Source of the DNA: Acinetobacter wanghuae
Lineage (GTDB): Bacteria; Pseudomonadota; Gammaproteobacteria; Pseudomonadales; Moraxellaceae
Length of the DNA stretch: 32,000 nucleotides
Direction of reading: 5' to 3'
Assembly (NCBI RefSeq): GCF_009557235.1
Contig: NZ_CP045650.1
Span: 330,001 to 362,000, forward strand
In this document: positions 10,028 to 18,160 of the stretch, piece by piece
How the letters are laid out: each line of letters opens with the position of its first letter
How positions within the stretch are numbered: position 1 is the first letter of the stretch
The notes under the pieces: model-generated
Database searches by the model: none
The model's input: the letters and a program-made list of their open reading frames with translations, nothing else
Told to the model about the DNA's origin: nothing
Program-made: the position numbers and the translations under genes

Positions 10028-10363
10028 ATGAAAGCAGTGATTTTGTCGGATGAAATTCATCAATTTCATTGGTCAATGCTGAAATCTGTTCTTTTGGTGT
10101 TAAGCATTTTACCTTTGAGCCAAGCGATTTTGCATGTGTGGCAGACCACCGAAGGTAGCAGCCAAATTATGGTTGGATTTTTTGCCTTGACTATGATGAG
10201 CAGTTTATTTGTTCTATGTTTTTGGTCTGCGCTGAAAGCCACGATTCTGCATATTCAACAAGAGGGTGCATCTACATTTGAGCAAAGCATAGTACGCATG
10301 TATCGTTATGTGCCGATGTTATCATTTGCAGCCATGCTGTCTTATATCGCGACACAATTTTAA
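10028..10363 (+). CDS. Hypothetical small integral membrane protein (about 3 TM segments)
   Basis: Strong SD AAGGAG 6 nt before the ATG at 10028, three hydrophobic stretches, and a clean terminator downstream. I recognise no family. Confidence 0.55.
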   Translation: MKAVILSDEIHQFHWSMLKSVLLVLSILPLSQAILHVWQTTEGSSQIMVGFFALTMMSSLFVLCFWSALKATILHIQQEGASTFEQSIVRMYRYVPMLSFAAMLSYIATQF

Positions 10364-10373
10364 AATTTAGATG

Positions 10374-10405
10374 AAAAAAAGCCGAGGCATTGACCTCGGT
10401 TTTTT
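10374..10405. terminator. Bidirectional rho-independent terminator (membrane ORF / lnt)
   Basis: aaaaaaa-gccgagg-cattga-cctcgg-tttttt. Confidence 0.75.
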
Positions 10406-10421
10406 ATTGCCTCTTTTTATT

Positions 10422-10497
10422 CCTCCCTTTAAGAAAGGGAGGTTAGGAGGGATTGATGAACTGAATCCCCCTAAATCCCCCTTTGATTAAAGGGGGA
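10422..10497. repeat. Cluster of three consecutive G/C-run hairpins (REP-like extragenic palindromes)
   Basis: HP1 is cctcccttt-aag-aaagggagg (10422-10442). HP2 is ttaggagggatt...aatccccctaa (10443-10474, one bulge). HP3 is tcccccttt-gatt-aaaggggga (10476-10497). There is also a tandem aatccccct repeat at 10464 and 10474. Confidence 0.7.
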
Positions 10498-10509
10498 CTT
10501 TGAGAGATA

Positions 10510-12069
10510 TTACCGTCTTGATTTAAACGCTACATTCACTTTACGTGGACGGAAGCGCCAACCAAGTAATAACAACAACACTGACACAATGAGTACTGGC
10601 CAATCGCTTAAGCGCATATACAGGGTTTGTCCTTGCATAGCAGGGAGTTCACCACGTAGCACTGCTTCTTTGTCCATTGGGGCTTGTTTCACAATATGCC
10701 CATGATGATCAATAAAGGCGGTCACACCCGTATTGGTTGCACGAATGAACCAACGTCCATTTTCTTTGGCACGCATTTGTACCATCTGTAAATGTTGTAA
10801 AGGTCCAGCCGTGCCTGTAAACCATGCATCATTTGACACGGTCACTAAGAAATCACTTTGGCTAGCATTACGACGAGTTAAATTTGGATAAGCGACTTCA
10901 TAACAAATGGCAGAGCCTAACGCATGATTTTTCACGTTCAGCGGTTTTTGATCGCTATCACCGCGTGAGAATCCACTCATGGATGGGTCATTTTGCAAAG
11001 CAGGTAAAACCCAACGCAATAAACCAGAGAGTGGAATATATTCCCCAAACGGTACTAAACGTTGTTTTTTATACAAGCCACTGGATTCATCACCACTCGC
11101 CATGATGCTGTTATAAAACATCGCTTGACCTGTGGCTTTAGATTCCTGCTGATCCCAATAGGGAATACCTGTAACCCAAGCAGTACCCGATTTTTTGGCT
11201 TGCACACGCATCGTATCAAGGAAAGGCTGAATGTCGGTTTGGAACATCGGAATTGAAGATTCTGGCCAAACAATCAGATCACGTCCCCATTCAGTTTTGC
11301 TCAAATTGGCATAAATGAATAAGGTTTTCATTTGATATTCGGTCAACCATTTCAGGTCTTGCGGAATATTACCTTGAATGAGGGAAACACGAAGTGGCTT
11401 TTCAGATTTTTGCTCAACGAATTCAAATTGCGCTGCACCCCATGCACCAAGCACAAGCACTGCGGATGGAATAAGCCAAAAAATACGTTTATTGAGGACT
11501 TCAACGAGAGCACATGCCAATACAATCACGACAAATGAAACGCCAAATACCCCAAATAAGGGGGCATAGCCATCTAAAAAGCGTTCAGTAAAGGCATACC
11601 CTGCAAAGAGCCATGGGAAACCGGTAAATACCCACGTTTTTGCCCATTCAAACAATACCCAAAGCGGTGCAAATGTGAGCGGTGTTTCTGGGAAAAAACG
11701 ACGATAAACAAAGGTCTGAACTGCGCTGAACAGCCCCATAATCACAGCCATGATCAGAATCATCAACACACTTAAAAATGCATTGGTATCACCGTAGACA
11801 TGGATTGAGGTATATAGCCAAAATGCACCGACAAACCATAAACCAATGCCATACGCCAAACCAATGGCAAAGGCTTGTTTTGGACTACGCTGACGCAAAC
11901 ATGCGTACAGTAATGCCGGTGATAAAATCGCGAGCCACCAATAATGATAGGGCGCTAAGCTAAAACTAAACACTGCCCCAGCAAATAACGCAATCAGCAG
12001 CGGATAAATCAGTGCGACAGGTTTTTGTCCTTGGGCTGGATTGAGCAGTTTATCGAAATAGGCTCTCAT
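10510..12069 (-). CDS. lnt: Apolipoprotein N-acyltransferase
   Basis: 519 aa with an N-terminal polytopic membrane region and a C-terminal CN-hydrolase domain (VWPESS, ICYE). It has a 4-nt ATGA overlap with upstream corC, the classic ybeX-lnt arrangement. Confidence 0.95.
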   Translation of the reverse strand: MRAYFDKLLNPAQGQKPVALIYPLLIALFAGAVFSFSLAPYHYWWLAILSPALLYACLRQRSPKQAFAIGLAYGIGLWFVGAFWLYTSIHVYGDTNAFLSVLMILIMAVIMGLFSAVQTFVYRRFFPETPLTFAPLWVLFEWAKTWVFTGFPWLFAGYAFTERFLDGYAPLFGVFGVSFVVIVLACALVEVLNKRIFWLIPSAVLVLGAWGAAQFEFVEQKSEKPLRVSLIQGNIPQDLKWLTEYQMKTLFIYANLSKTEWGRDLIVWPESSIPMFQTDIQPFLDTMRVQAKKSGTAWVTGIPYWDQQESKATGQAMFYNSIMASGDESSGLYKKQRLVPFGEYIPLSGLLRWVLPALQNDPSMSGFSRGDSDQKPLNVKNHALGSAICYEVAYPNLTRRNASQSDFLVTVSNDAWFTGTAGPLQHLQMVQMRAKENGRWFIRATNTGVTAFIDHHGHIVKQAPMDKEAVLRGELPAMQGQTLYMRLSDWPVLIVSVLLLLLGWRFRPRKVNVAFKSRR

Positions 12070-12905
12070 TGGCGCACAGCTCGAATCAGATGGATTGAAC
12101 GTGCATCTGCCTCGAGAATGGTAAAGGTCCAGTCTTCTAATTCAATCACTTGACCTTCCAGATCATTCACCAAACCAATTTCTTGCATGAGTAAGCCACC
12201 CATGGTTTCAACTTCATCATCGGGGAAGTTGGTTTCAAGTAAGCTATTGAAATGCTCAATCGGTGTTAAGGCTTGAACGATCCAAGTATTGGCTGTTTTT
12301 GGATTTTCATCAGGAACGATGAATTGAGCTTCTTCATCGGCATTGTCGTGTTCATCTTCAATTTCGCCGACAATTTCTTCCAAAATATCTTCGAGTGTCA
12401 CTAGACCTGAGGTTGAACCGTATTCATCAATCACAACTGCAATGTGCGTTTGCGTATTTTTTAGCATACGTAAAACTTGATCTGAGCGCGCACTTTCTGG
12501 CACAAACAACGGCTGACGCATGAGCAGACAAATATCGACCTTGCTGGTCGGTTCAGTTAAGAACGGCAATAAGTCTTTGGCAAGCAAAATACCGACAACG
12601 GTATCAGGTTGGTCTGATGAAAATACGGGAAAACGTGAATGTGCTGATTCAACTAAAACATGAAGAATATCCAGTAATTGGTCATCTTCTTGCAAGCTAA
12701 TCATTGACGTGCGAGGCGTCATCACTTCACGAATTTTGGTCGCAGGAAGGTCTAATACGCCTTCTAGCATGGCAACTGTATCGGGTTCTAAAAAACGACG
12801 TGAATCTTGTACTAGTTTTAGCAGTTCATCGCGGGTTTCTGGTGCAGTTCCTAACCATTTTCGTAAACCGCGCATGCCCCACGACGGGCCTGATTCCTCG
12901 TGCAT
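12066..12905 (-). CDS. corC: CBS-pair / CorC_HlyC domain Mg/Co efflux-associated protein (YbeX/CorC)
   Basis: 279 aa with tandem CBS domains (REVMTPR..., HIAVVIDEYG.TSGLVTLEDILEEIVGEI) and a C-terminal transporter-associated domain. It is translationally coupled to lnt. Confidence 0.9.
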   Translation of the reverse strand: MHEESGPSWGMRGLRKWLGTAPETRDELLKLVQDSRRFLEPDTVAMLEGVLDLPATKIREVMTPRTSMISLQEDDQLLDILHVLVESAHSRFPVFSSDQPDTVVGILLAKDLLPFLTEPTSKVDICLLMRQPLFVPESARSDQVLRMLKNTQTHIAVVIDEYGSTSGLVTLEDILEEIVGEIEDEHDNADEEAQFIVPDENPKTANTWIVQALTPIEHFNSLLETNFPDDEVETMGGLLMQEIGLVNDLEGQVIELEDWTFTILEADARSIHLIRAVRQ

Positions 12906-13150
12906 GATGTTTCCTAAACACTCTTGATCATAAAAATTTAATTTTAATCATACCGTAGAAAATACGCTTGTCCACTGATTAACGTCGGAGTTTCGATGAC
13001 TTATGCATTCAGCCTAAATAAAACGATAATGCTTGAATTTTAAACAAAGCGATCTGCTTCATTTAGCGCTATATGTAAAGCTCGGATTGCAAAGTCCAAA
13101 TTGAGTCAGTTATGTTAAAATAAGGCTGATTTAGTCATTTGAGTTAGGGC

Positions 13151-13408
13151 ATGTCTGAGCAAGAGATTAAGCCAAGCATTCAGTTAAATACACGTGGTTT
13201 ACGTTGTCCTGAACCCGTCATGATGTTACATCAAGCCATTCGTAAATCGAAGTCAGGTGATGTCGTTGAAATTTTTGCGACGGACAATTCTACGTCTTGG
13301 GATATTCCAAAATTTTGTATGCACTTGGGGCATGAATTATTGCTGCAAGAAGAAGTCCTTGATGACAGTGGCAATAAAGAATTCCATTATTTGGTGCAGA
13401 AAGGCTAA
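13151..13408 (+). CDS. tusA: Sulfur carrier protein TusA
   Basis: 85 aa with the active-site motif GLRCPEPVMM and the overall TusA/SirA pattern. Confidence 0.85.
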   Translation: MSEQEIKPSIQLNTRGLRCPEPVMMLHQAIRKSKSGDVVEIFATDNSTSWDIPKFCMHLGHELLLQEEVLDDSGNKEFHYLVQKG

Positions 13409-13424
13409 GCCTAGAATTAATTCA

Positions 13425-13457
13425 TAAAAAATCCCTGCACTTGGCAGGGATTTTTTT
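13425..13457. terminator. Bidirectional terminator (tusA / ETF-QO)
   Basis: aaaaaa-atccctgc-acttg-gcagggat-ttttttt. Confidence 0.8.
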
Positions 13458-13504
13458 GATTTGAATCTGAAGAGAATCAAATATTACCTTCAGTTGAATT
13501 CAAA

Positions 13505-15217
13505 TTACATATTCGGGTAATTAGGACCACCCGCACCCTCAGGCACGACCCAGGTGATGTTCTGTGATGGATCTTTAATATCACAAGTCTTACAGTGCAC
13601 GCAGTTTGCAGCATTAATTTGGAAGCGTTTTGAACCGTCATTCTCTTCCATGATCTCGTAAACACCCGCAGGGCAGTAGCGCTGTGCAGGCTCATCCCAT
13701 TTTGGTAGGTTTACATTAACTGGAATTGAAGGATCAGTCAGTTTCAAATGCGCAGGTTGGTTTTCTTCGTGCACCGTATTCGATACAAACACTGAAGACA
13801 AACGGTCAAAGGTCAGTTTGCCATCTGGTTTTGGATAGTTTGGCTTGAAGCTTTCAGCATCTACAGTTTTAAGTGCACTAAAGTCAGGCACTAAGTCATG
13901 TAATGTGAATGGTACTTTAAAGACATTTTGATCGATAAAGTTGAATGCACCCCCCATCCATTGACCAAACTTGTGCATTGCAGGACCAAAGTTACGTGAG
14001 TTATATAACTCTTCTTTCAGCCAGCTGTTGTTAAATTTGTCTGTATATGCTGTCAATTCTTTTACAAAGAAGTCTTCGCCTTCAGTCACACGCGCAACAG
14101 CAAGATCACCGCCTTTTTCAACACCAGCAGCAATCGCTTCAAACACGGCTTCACCACAAAGCATGCCCGATTTCATTGCTGTGTGTGAGCCTTTGATTTT
14201 GGCGAAGTTCAGGAAGCCTGCATCATCACCAATTAAAGAGCCACCTGGGAAGGTGAATTTAGGCAATGAGTTAAAACCACCTTTGGTCACTGCACGCGCA
14301 CCATAAGAAATACGTTTACCACCTTCCAAGTATTGCTTAATTAAAGGATGGGTTTTCCAACGTTGCATTTCCATGAATGGATACATGTGTGGATTGGTAT
14401 ACGATAAATCGACAATCATCCCCAAGGTCACTTGGTTGTTTTCAGCGTGGTATAACCACCAACCGCCTGAAGAACCGGTTTCACTTAAAGGCCAACCTGC
14501 ACCGTGCATCACCAAACCTGGTTTATGTTTTGCAGGATCAATTTCCCAAAGCTCTTTGATGCCAATACCGTAGTGCTGTGGGTCAGCATCTTTGTCTAAA
14601 TTGAATTTTTGAATCAGGCGTTTACCAAGGTGACCACGACAACCTTCAGCGAAAATGGTGTATTTCGCATGGAGTTCATAACCTGGGGTAAAGTTATGGG
14701 TTGGTTCGCCATCTTTACCAATGCCCATGTCACCAGTTTGAATGCCTTTGACTGAACCATCTTCATGGTAAAGAATTTCTGATGCAGCAAATCCTGGGAA
14801 AATGGATACTTCAAGCTCTTCAGCTTTAGTTCCTAACCAACGAACCACGTTACCGAGTGAAATGACATAGTTGCCATCATTGTGCATGGTTTTTGGCACC
14901 ATCCAATGTGGCGCTTCTTGTGATTTTTCATCCGAAAGCAGGAAGTAAGTTTTGTCTTCGGTCACAGGCACATTTAAAGGTGCACCTTGTTCTTTCCAGT
15001 CAGGGAATAATTCATTGATTGCACGAGGCTCTAAGACTGCACCCGACAGAATATGCGCACCGACTTCGGAACCTTTTTCTACGACACAAACCGACAAATC
15101 ATTTAAGTTGTTTTCAATTGCAAGTTGACGAATTTTAATCGCAGCAGAGAGACCGGCAGGGCCTGCACCTACAATAACTACGTCAAACTCCATCGATTCA
15201 CGTTCGATGTGCTCCAT
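13505..15217 (-). CDS. Electron-transfer flavoprotein:ubiquinone oxidoreductase (ETF-QO)
   Basis: 570 aa with an FAD dinucleotide fold (VVIVGAGPAGLSAAI) and a C-terminal 4Fe-4S ferredoxin-like segment (CPAGVY...CVHCKTCDIKDP). Confidence 0.95.
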   Translation of the reverse strand: MEHIERESMEFDVVIVGAGPAGLSAAIKIRQLAIENNLNDLSVCVVEKGSEVGAHILSGAVLEPRAINELFPDWKEQGAPLNVPVTEDKTYFLLSDEKSQEAPHWMVPKTMHNDGNYVISLGNVVRWLGTKAEELEVSIFPGFAASEILYHEDGSVKGIQTGDMGIGKDGEPTHNFTPGYELHAKYTIFAEGCRGHLGKRLIQKFNLDKDADPQHYGIGIKELWEIDPAKHKPGLVMHGAGWPLSETGSSGGWWLYHAENNQVTLGMIVDLSYTNPHMYPFMEMQRWKTHPLIKQYLEGGKRISYGARAVTKGGFNSLPKFTFPGGSLIGDDAGFLNFAKIKGSHTAMKSGMLCGEAVFEAIAAGVEKGGDLAVARVTEGEDFFVKELTAYTDKFNNSWLKEELYNSRNFGPAMHKFGQWMGGAFNFIDQNVFKVPFTLHDLVPDFSALKTVDAESFKPNYPKPDGKLTFDRLSSVFVSNTVHEENQPAHLKLTDPSIPVNVNLPKWDEPAQRYCPAGVYEIMEENDGSKRFQINAANCVHCKTCDIKDPSQNITWVVPEGAGGPNYPNM

Positions 15218-15350
15218 GTCGGACTCCTCATATTTCTATTCGGTGGCAACCATAATCGGATGATTGGGTGCTGCCATGAGTATGCTTAATTCCTAGACAC
15301 AATTATGCTAGTGTCTTTCGTCATGTGGGCTAGTATAGTTTTAAACCCAG

Positions 15351-15370
15351 TTTTAGCCAATTGGCTGAAA
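15351..15370. promoter_or_regulatory. Palindrome ttttAGCCAATTGGCTgaaa upstream of the DUF1285 gene (candidate operator)
   Basis: 12-bp perfect core agccaattggct (15355-15366), extending to 20 nt with one T/G mismatch. It lies 34 nt before the likely ATG at 15404. Confidence 0.3.
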
Positions 15371-15403
15371 CATATTATTTTTCCGTCATTAAGGTCTTCT
15401 ACT

Positions 15404-16015
15404 ATGGATAAGCCAACAATCAGTAAAAATCCGACGAAAAAAGTAGCGAGTGCTGATCATAAAAATTTAAGCAGCATTGCACAATACTTAAAGGATGCAC
15501 AGGGCAGTCACAAAAGGTCAATACCACCTTTGGACCAATGGCAGCCAAAGCATTGTGGCACAATTGATTTAAAGGTTTTAGCCAATGGAGAATGGTGGCA
15601 CGAAGGTCAATTGATCAAGCGACAAGCCATGATTGATCTGTTTGCAACCGTGCTTTGGAAAGAAGACGACACATTTTATTTAAAAACGCCTGTTGAACAG
15701 ATCGAGATTGAGGTTGAAGACGAACCGTTGTTTGTGAATCAGGTCGATCAGATCGACATTGAAGGCAAAACCTATTTACAACTGAAAAGCACCACGCAAG
15801 ATTTAATTATTGTTGATGCTGAGCATCCGATTTTCATGCGTCCATTTAAGGATGAATTACGTCCTTATGTCCATGTACGCTTTGGCATTAATGCCGTGAT
15901 TCAACGTGCTGCATTTTTGCATTTGGTCGAGATGGGGGAGCTCAGTGAAAATGCACAAGGTGAAACCGTTTTAAGCCTGAAAAGTGGCGATTTAGACTTG
16001 CATTTAGGCACCTGA
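15404..16015 (+). CDS. DUF1285 domain protein
   Basis: The segment W.P..CG.IDL.V..NGEWWHEG..I.R..M..LFA.VL..ED..FYL.TPVE matches my memory of DUF1285 proteins. The ORF track begins at 15305, but the Met at 15404 has an AAGG SD and gives the typical length of about 200 aa. Confidence 0.75.
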   Translation: MDKPTISKNPTKKVASADHKNLSSIAQYLKDAQGSHKRSIPPLDQWQPKHCGTIDLKVLANGEWWHEGQLIKRQAMIDLFATVLWKEDDTFYLKTPVEQIEIEVEDEPLFVNQVDQIDIEGKTYLQLKSTTQDLIIVDAEHPIFMRPFKDELRPYVHVRFGINAVIQRAAFLHLVEMGELSENAQGETVLSLKSGDLDLHLGT

Positions 16016-16063
16016 GGTTTAAGCTTTGTCGAACATAATTTTCAACTGAATCCAAGCACAATT

Positions 16064-16948
16064 ATGAGCGCTATTCATCCCATTTCCGAAATGACCAACC
16101 AAATGCCAAAGGCGAGTATTGATGCGCCGATCGGTATTTTTGACTCGGGTGTTGGTGGCTTATCTGTGGCGTTGGAAATTGCCAAATATTTACCGAATGA
16201 ACGCTTTATTTATTATGCAGATACTGAACACGTGCCGTATGGACCACGTGAAGATCGTGAGATTCGGCATTTAACGGCTCATGCGATTGAATGGTTATAC
16301 CGTCAAGGCTGTAAAGTGGCAGTGGTGGCGTGTAATACCGCATCTGCATTTAGTTTGGACTATTTGCGTGAACATTATGGCGCAGATTTCCCCATTATTG
16401 GCTTAGTACCCGCGTTAAAACCTGCGGTATTGAACACTCAATCTAAAACCGTTGCTGTACTCGCAACGCCTGCAACATTTCGCGGTAAACTCATTAAAGA
16501 TGTGATGACACGCTTTGCAGAACCTGCGAGTGTCAATGTAATTCCAGTCACTTGTCTTGATCTCGTGCCTTTTGTCGAAGCGGGCGAGCAAATGAGCCCG
16601 GCTTGCCTTGCGACTTTAACTGAGATTTTACAGCCTGTGGTCGATGCGGGTGCCGATTACTTGGTTTTAGGATGCACACATTACCCCTTTCTAAAAACGT
16701 CAATTCAGTATATTTTTGGTCATAAGCTGACATTAATTGACTCAGGATTGGCGGTTGCAAGACAAACAGCCCGTATTTTGATCAAAAATGAGTTATTATT
16801 TGAATATCAGCGTCAGGATGATTTAAAAATTCGACTCTTTGTCAGTGGTCAAAATGCTGAACAATTACAGCCTGTTTTATCACGCATGATACCGAGTGAT
16901 TTAACATGGTCTGTTGCCAATATTGAAGTTGATCAGTCATCTGACTAA
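16064..16948 (+). CDS. murI: Glutamate racemase
   Basis: IGIFDSGVGGLSV, the catalytic ACNTAS and GCTHYP motifs. Confidence 0.95.
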   Translation: MSAIHPISEMTNQMPKASIDAPIGIFDSGVGGLSVALEIAKYLPNERFIYYADTEHVPYGPREDREIRHLTAHAIEWLYRQGCKVAVVACNTASAFSLDYLREHYGADFPIIGLVPALKPAVLNTQSKTVAVLATPATFRGKLIKDVMTRFAEPASVNVIPVTCLDLVPFVEAGEQMSPACLATLTEILQPVVDAGADYLVLGCTHYPFLKTSIQYIFGHKLTLIDSGLAVARQTARILIKNELLFEYQRQDDLKIRLFVSGQNAEQLQPVLSRMIPSDLTWSVANIEVDQSSD

Positions 16949-17014
16949 AAATCAGAGACATTATTTTATAGTAAGATTTTTTCTTATAAATCGGGGAAGC
17001 ATCACATACAGCGC

Positions 17015-17030
17015 AGGCTAGATCTAGCCT
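17015..17030. promoter_or_regulatory. Perfect 16-bp palindrome AGGCTAGATCTAGCCT upstream of the DUF4062 gene
   Basis: Verified base by base. It ends 36 nt before the ATG at 17067 and has no T-tract, so it is more likely an operator than the murI terminator. Confidence 0.35.
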
Positions 17031-17066
17031 AGGGCGGTTATGGGTGTGCAGTAGAAGAGGATCACC

Positions 17067-18095
17067 ATGCTCGATAAACGTTATCAAGTGTTTATAACGA
17101 CCTCTGGAAGCGAGATGCAGCCAGAACGAATCGTGCTGTCACAAACTTTGGTCGGTATGGGCTTTTTCTCATGGGGCTTAGAACAGCGAACCCCACTTAG
17201 TACGGCATTTGCGCGTCGTCAAATTGATGACTGTGATTATGTGGTAATTTTGCTTGGCAGCCAGTATGGTGAACAATCGGTGTCGGGTGTTGGCTATATG
17301 CATCTCGAATACATCTATGCAGTGACTAAGCAAAAACCAGTAATTGTCTTTATGCATAGCGATCCTGAAGCGCGTGATCCATCTTTGCATGATGCAACAC
17401 CACAGCTACGCGAAAAATTCCAAGAATTCCGTAAACTCCTACAAACCGATGTCGATCAAGTCTTTAGCTATCGAACGCTACGTGATTTAGAAATGGCGGT
17501 TCGTTTGAATATGCCACAAATGTTAGAGCGTTACCCTGTAACCGGTTGGGTACGTCCACAAAATTCCCAGTCTTTACACGATGAAATTGATCAACTCAAA
17601 GCGAAAAATAGACAGCTTGAAGCTGAAGTCGGCAATCGACAAGTGGATCCTTTCTTGAGCTTGCCTAAAGTCTCGATGCATGAAGTTTTTTCTTTTGAAT
17701 ACCGTTTACATGCCTATCAAGATGGTAATTTCAAAGAGCTTAAAATTCAGAAACAATTGACATGGGCACAGTTGTTGAGCGTATTGGGTTCAACCTTTGT
17801 TAATCCAACGCCAGAAGAGTTCTTCTCAAAACGTATGAACGAATATTTGAATGAAGTCGGTTTAGAGGATGCACGGATTCAGATGCCGCGTGCGCATGCG
17901 GTGGCGCGTGCTCAAATGAATATTCGTGCGCTGCATAGCCTGAAAATGCAAATGCGTCAAAATGACTGGATTATGCCAAGTGGCCGAGACGATCGTCAGC
18001 GCATGCTTTGGCAGATTACCAATAAAGCCTCAAAGCTGATGGACAGTAATTTACTCGATGCAGATCGTATTACTCAATTTAAGTCAGCGTATTAA
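17067..18095 (+). CDS. DUF4062-type (TIR / nucleoside deoxyribosyltransferase-like fold) N-terminal domain protein with coiled coil and uncharacterised C-terminal domain
   Basis: SD GAAGAGGA 6 nt upstream. The N-terminus YQVFITTSGSEM..ER....L......DDCDYVVILLGSQYGE...GYMHLEYIYAVTKQKPVIVFMH follows the DUF4062 pattern as I remember it. A coiled coil LHDEIDQLKAKNRQLEAEV follows. I recognise nothing in the C-terminal 150 aa or so. Confidence 0.65.
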   Translation: MLDKRYQVFITTSGSEMQPERIVLSQTLVGMGFFSWGLEQRTPLSTAFARRQIDDCDYVVILLGSQYGEQSVSGVGYMHLEYIYAVTKQKPVIVFMHSDPEARDPSLHDATPQLREKFQEFRKLLQTDVDQVFSYRTLRDLEMAVRLNMPQMLERYPVTGWVRPQNSQSLHDEIDQLKAKNRQLEAEVGNRQVDPFLSLPKVSMHEVFSFEYRLHAYQDGNFKELKIQKQLTWAQLLSVLGSTFVNPTPEEFFSKRMNEYLNEVGLEDARIQMPRAHAVARAQMNIRALHSLKMQMRQNDWIMPSGRDDRQRMLWQITNKASKLMDSNLLDADRITQFKSAY

Positions 18096-18160
18096 TCCAT
18101 ATTACGTACCCAAAGAAAGCTGTTAAAGTAAAGCAGTTGATACCCAAACGGATACGCTGA

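Noticed and set aside
13971-14306. 111-aa plus-strand ORF inside ETF-QO (also 14373-14573, 14377-14559 and 13477-13695)
   Set aside because: These are antisense or alternate-frame to a full-length, motif-rich ETF-QO gene. Their composition (Ser/Pro/Ala-rich) is typical of reverse-frame artefacts.
16842-17087. 81-aa minus-strand ORF spanning the murI 3-prime end, the 16-bp palindrome and the DUF4062 start
   Set aside because: It overlaps two better-supported genes and has no SD. It most likely exists by chance in AT-rich DNA.
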